48,147 nucleotides of DNA from a virus (taxonomy: Duplodnaviria; Heunggongvirae; Uroviricota; Caudoviricetes). The position numbers were made by a program, and so were the translations under genes. The stretch lies in the IMG/VR virus record IMGVR_UViG_3300012663_000707, positions 70,897 to 119,043 of that record; one strand, given 5' to 3'. Positions 45,101 to 48,147 of the stretch are shown one piece after another. The notes under the pieces were generated by a model. It was not told the origin of the DNA. It worked only from the letters and a program-made list of their open reading frames with translations, and ran no database searches. The number at the start of each line of letters is the position of its first letter. Within the stretch, counting starts at the first letter, position 1.

Positions 45101-46137
45101 TTCGTAAAACCTTCCGTGATTTTTCTGTGCCATTCAAGTATTCTAAATTCCCAAGATTGTTGACGAGACCAATCAATACAAGATCGAACCGCTTTATCTT
45201 TTAATTCTGTGCCTAAGTTATTTAGTATTTGTATTGCCAAATCCCATTTTGTTTCTCCATCTTCTAGGATAATACCCGAGTAAACCGTTTCTGCTAAAGC
45301 TGCAACATCGGTTGTAATTGGTAAACATCCAGCATATTGCATTTCAAGCGCTGTTATGCAGTAAGTCTCTTCGTATGAAGTTAAGTAAGGCCAATACTCG
45401 GCAAGAAGCATAGATCTATGTAATTCTTCTTGATTTTGATTTCCACGTACAATGATTCCTGTTTGTTCTAAGAGCTTTGTCTCTTTTTGTAGATAATCTA
45501 ATGACTCTAAAGAGTAAGATGGACAGAAGACCTCTAACGTTGCATTGGGTTTAATCTGGAGGATACGATCCCAGTTCTGTAACAATTCCGTAAGACCACG
45601 CTCTGGTGCTGAACTCCAAATGAATCTATTTTTAATTTTAGTAGGATTACCTATAAAACTAGACTTGTCAATTCCATTACCGATTACACTAATGTTCTTA
45701 TGCCCAAATTTAGTATGCCAGTCGTTAGCATGCCAATTAGTTAAACAGATAATTTGATCTACTTGGTCAAATAATTCAATTGAGTTTTCTAACTGAGTGC
45801 CTTTATACCAAGAATGCCAATCGGTGTTATGTGCCCAAAAGATCTTCTTAGCACGAGTATAATCTTTGAATTCTAAAATAAAATGAATGTAACTTGCAGA
45901 TATGATTATATCAAACTGATTTGATTCTTGTTGGTGCAGCTTTTCGGTAGGTAACCATGTAACACCATTATGTTCTGCTTCAACTACATCACCAGATATG
46001 AACACTTGGTGTCCATACATCTTTAGGCCTTCTGCAAGTTTGATGCATGCAATCTCAGTGCCACCTAATCCAATTGATTTAAATAGATCTGGACTTAGTT
46101 TTTGTTTTTGATAACCAACGTAAATTAAGATCCGCAT
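45097..46137 (-). CDS. GT-B glycosyltransferase, family 4-like
   Basis: GLGGTE, WSSAPERGL, EETYCITALEMQYAGC. Confidence 0.85.
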   Translation of the reverse strand: MRILIYVGYQKQKLSPDLFKSIGLGGTEIACIKLAEGLKMYGHQVFISGDVVEAEHNGVTWLPTEKLHQQESNQFDIIISASYIHFILEFKDYTRAKKIFWAHNTDWHSWYKGTQLENSIELFDQVDQIICLTNWHANDWHTKFGHKNISVIGNGIDKSSFIGNPTKIKNRFIWSSAPERGLTELLQNWDRILQIKPNATLEVFCPSYSLESLDYLQKETKLLEQTGIIVRGNQNQEELHRSMLLAEYWPYLTSYEETYCITALEMQYAGCLPITTDVAALAETVYSGIILEDGETKWDLAIQILNNLGTELKDKAVRSCIDWSRQQSWEFRILEWHRKITEGFTK

Positions 46138-46140
46138 TCT

Positions 46141-46218
46141 TTATTTGTAATGCTGACCTGTTACAAATGCCGCAGTGTTATTAGGGCCTCCGTGTATTGT
46201 GACTTGTTTATTTGACAT
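46141..46218 (-). CDS. 25-aa micro-ORF (MSNKQVTIHGGPNNTAAFVTGQHYK)
   Basis: Manual translation. A-rich leader. Stop 3 nt before the GT4 ATG. Confidence 0.45.
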   Translation of the reverse strand: MSNKQVTIHGGPNNTAAFVTGQHYK

Positions 46219-46244
46219 GATTGTATTTTTAAATAATTAGCTTA

Positions 46245-46610
46245 TTAAAATCTAATTTGCATCTGAGTTTTCAAATCTTTTGAACCATCTTCTTTTAAGA
46301 TTACTGGTCTACAATTAATTAAACCACTAACTTTTTCTTCTCTTAATGTTATAGTAGCACTAATAAGTTCATATGTCTCACCTTCTCCAACTTCTGGTTT
46401 ATGTGAGTTATAGATACTATTTAGTTGTTCTACTACTTCTGTAGAAATTTCTTCAGAAGGGTTTGTTGCGTAGAATGCTACAATAGTTTCTTTAAGAACT
46501 TCTTTTGCTGCATCATCTGCAGAATTAAATAATGCTGTTTCAGCTTCTGTAATTGGATAGTGTGCTGGAGTTGTCCATACACCTTCTTGACTTGATCTAT
46601 ATGTTTTCAT
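46245..46610 (-). CDS. Hypothetical protein following the fibre gene (possible fibre chaperone)
   Basis: Position only. Confidence 0.6.
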   Translation of the reverse strand: MKTYRSSQEGVWTTPAHYPITEAETALFNSADDAAKEVLKETIVAFYATNPSEEISTEVVEQLNSIYNSHKPEVGEGETYELISATITLREEKVSGLINCRPVILKEDGSKDLKTQMQIRF

Positions 46611-46619
46611 AATTTATTT

Positions 46620-48146
46620 TTATATTGTTACAACAACGTTACTTCCATTTACACACTGTAATATTGTTGGTGCACCCGAAGATGTATAATAATCCCCGTA
46701 ATTTTTAATACAAAAGGCTGCTCTACCAGAGAGCAAATAATTAGTTAATGTATTATCATCATTACCAAATGAATTTACACCACCTATACAGTGATTGAAC
46801 TGACCAGCTACTGTTAATCCAGTTGTATCCCAAGCAAATGAATTACCACCAGCAACACAGTTATTAAATATACCGTCTGCTAATTTACCAAATGCTGCTC
46901 CACCAGCTATACAGTTTGTAAAAATACCATTAGCTGCTTGATAGCCAAAACTTAAGCCTCCATATGCTGCACAATTAGTGAATGTTCCACTTGCATATCC
47001 ATATCCTGCTCCAGGATCACCTGCACCAAATGCATATGCCAAACCACCACCAGTGGTAGGAGAACCTACTCTACAATTTATAAATAAACCACTTGCTTCA
47101 TAACCACCAAAACCTTCGCAATTAATAAGAGTACAATTTTCAAAAGTACCACTTGCCATACCTTGGCGAGTCATTCTATTATATCCAAATGAGAATATTA
47201 GAGCAGTACAGTTTTTGAAGAAACCAAGTGCTTCTGCAGTATTACCAGTTGAAGAGTATCCAAATGCGTATGCTTCAGCTTTACAATTAGTAAATACAGC
47301 ATTAGGTTCTATAAGAACTGAGGCACCTACAAAACCTGTATGACAACCAAAACTATACCAACTACTCTTACAATCTGTAAAAGTTGTACCAGCAATATAA
47401 ACAGTTCCACCACTAGGTCCAAAATTACCTGCATAACCAAAAGAAGAAGCTGGCGTTGGATCCGTTGTTGATACCAAGCACTTATTAAATGTTGAATCTA
47501 TAATTCCTGCATCAACAAGTGCAGCACCAAATGAATTTGATCCAGCAACACAGTTTTCAAAAGTACAAGCTTGAATGGTAACTGTTTGTGGTGTAGATTG
47601 AGGAGGTGTTACAAAAGGAATAGGTGCAAATAATACCATAGATGATCCAAAGGAATTGCTTCCTGCAGTACAATTTTTAAATGTGTGTCCATTCATTGTT
47701 ATTCCTGCACCAAATGAAAAATCACTAGCAATACATGTATCAAATGTAATAGATGTAGTACTTGGGTCAATAAGTATTTGACCATTATTTGGGCTTGCAT
47801 CAATACCTTTAATAGTACAATAACTACTGCTAACTAAGAAAGTTGTAAGAATAACATCTGCTATTCCAGAAAGGCTAATGACATTTACATAATCAGCATC
47901 TAGTTCCCAACCATATGATCCATTATAAGCAGACATATCATATATACCTGGAGCTACTAGAACTGTAAATGGATTTGTTAAAGATTTAGGATTTCCGTTA
48001 GGATTAGCTGCAGCTGCTAAATCGTAAGCAGCTTTTAATCCTGCACCATTTTCTGTAGGTGTACCTGTACTATTAGCTAATATATAGTTAGTACCTTCTA
48101 ATAAAGTACCTGCAGCACCATTTACACCACTTGTTCCAGAAGTACC
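46620..48146 (-). CDS. Tail-fibre/spike-like protein, 5'-truncated by the window: Gly-X-Y stretch then Cys-rich parallel beta-helix repeats
   Basis: Frame is open from 47936 to the edge (GTSGTSGVNGAAGTLLEG...). Repeats F-x-N-C-x-A...S-F-G. Confidence 0.7.
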   Translation of the reverse strand, partial: GTSGTSGVNGAAGTLLEGTNYILANSTGTPTENGAGLKAAYDLAAAANPNGNPKSLTNPFTVLVAPGIYDMSAYNGSYGWELDADYVNVISLSGIADVILTTFLVSSSYCTIKGIDASPNNGQILIDPSTTSITFDTCIASDFSFGAGITMNGHTFKNCTAGSNSFGSSMVLFAPIPFVTPPQSTPQTVTIQACTFENCVAGSNSFGAALVDAGIIDSTFNKCLVSTTDPTPASSFGYAGNFGPSGGTVYIAGTTFTDCKSSWYSFGCHTGFVGASVLIEPNAVFTNCKAEAYAFGYSSTGNTAEALGFFKNCTALIFSFGYNRMTRQGMASGTFENCTLINCEGFGGYEASGLFINCRVGSPTTGGGLAYAFGAGDPGAGYGYASGTFTNCAAYGGLSFGYQAANGIFTNCIAGGAAFGKLADGIFNNCVAGGNSFAWDTTGLTVAGQFNHCIGGVNSFGNDDNTLTNYLLSGRAAFCIKNYGDYYTSSGAPTILQCVNGSNVVVTI

Positions 48147-48147
48147 A

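Noticed and set aside
4633-45757. Numerous + strand ORFs in the track (e.g. 4633, 8210, 15075, 22340, 30161, 33638, 36243, 40860)
   Set aside because: Antisense shadows of well-supported minus-strand genes, with Ser/Leu/Ile/Phe-rich composition and no motifs.
1-48147. Alternative genetic code (TAG/TGA reassignment), as in some large phages
   Set aside because: Known genes are intact under code 11, and TAG (e.g. 40515, 43355) and TGA are used as ordinary stops at gene ends.

Overview
AT-rich fragment of a large T4-like tailed phage (myovirus) genome, almost certainly infecting Bacteroidota, probably aquatic Flavobacteriia. The host call rests on TAnnTTT(G/A) -7 promoter elements, near-absence of Shine-Dalgarno sites, and Bacteroidota-type bS21, bS1 and HAD genes. 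Nearly all genes are on the minus strand and use the standard code. 1-16.9 kb: baseplate/neck module (gp7-, gp6-, gp25-, gp13-, gp5/gpV-, tube-like, hub-like, gp53- and gp48-like) with an amidoligase and a 4-domain ribosomal protein S1 inserted. 17-21.7 kb: hypotheticals, DinG helicase, dCMP deaminase. 21.7-26.4 kb: late cluster of proteins sharing an N-terminal MKxxKLFExFxxE motif resembling T4 capsid-targeting sequences (GNAT polyprotein, Acb1-like 2H phosphoesterase, zincin). 26.5-35 kb: UvsE, metallophosphoesterase, a DUF2828 (Ro60/TROVE-vWA-like) gene followed by a separately promoted and terminated two-unit structured ncRNA locus, Rnl1-type RNA ligase, split PNK/phosphatase and a GIY-YIG homing endonuclease. 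35-43.8 kb: nucleotidase, RNase HII, PhoH, bS21 with a strong SD, three UVR-motif proteins, DnaJ, PolB-type exonuclease, ATP-grasp ligase. 43.8-48.1 kb: GT25/lysyl-hydroxylase fusion, GT4 and a Gly-X-Y/beta-helix fibre gene. All family calls are from motif recognition by eye, with no database searches. The best candidate for an undescribed system is DUF2828 plus the CAGCAA-type stem ncRNAs beside the RNA-repair genes.
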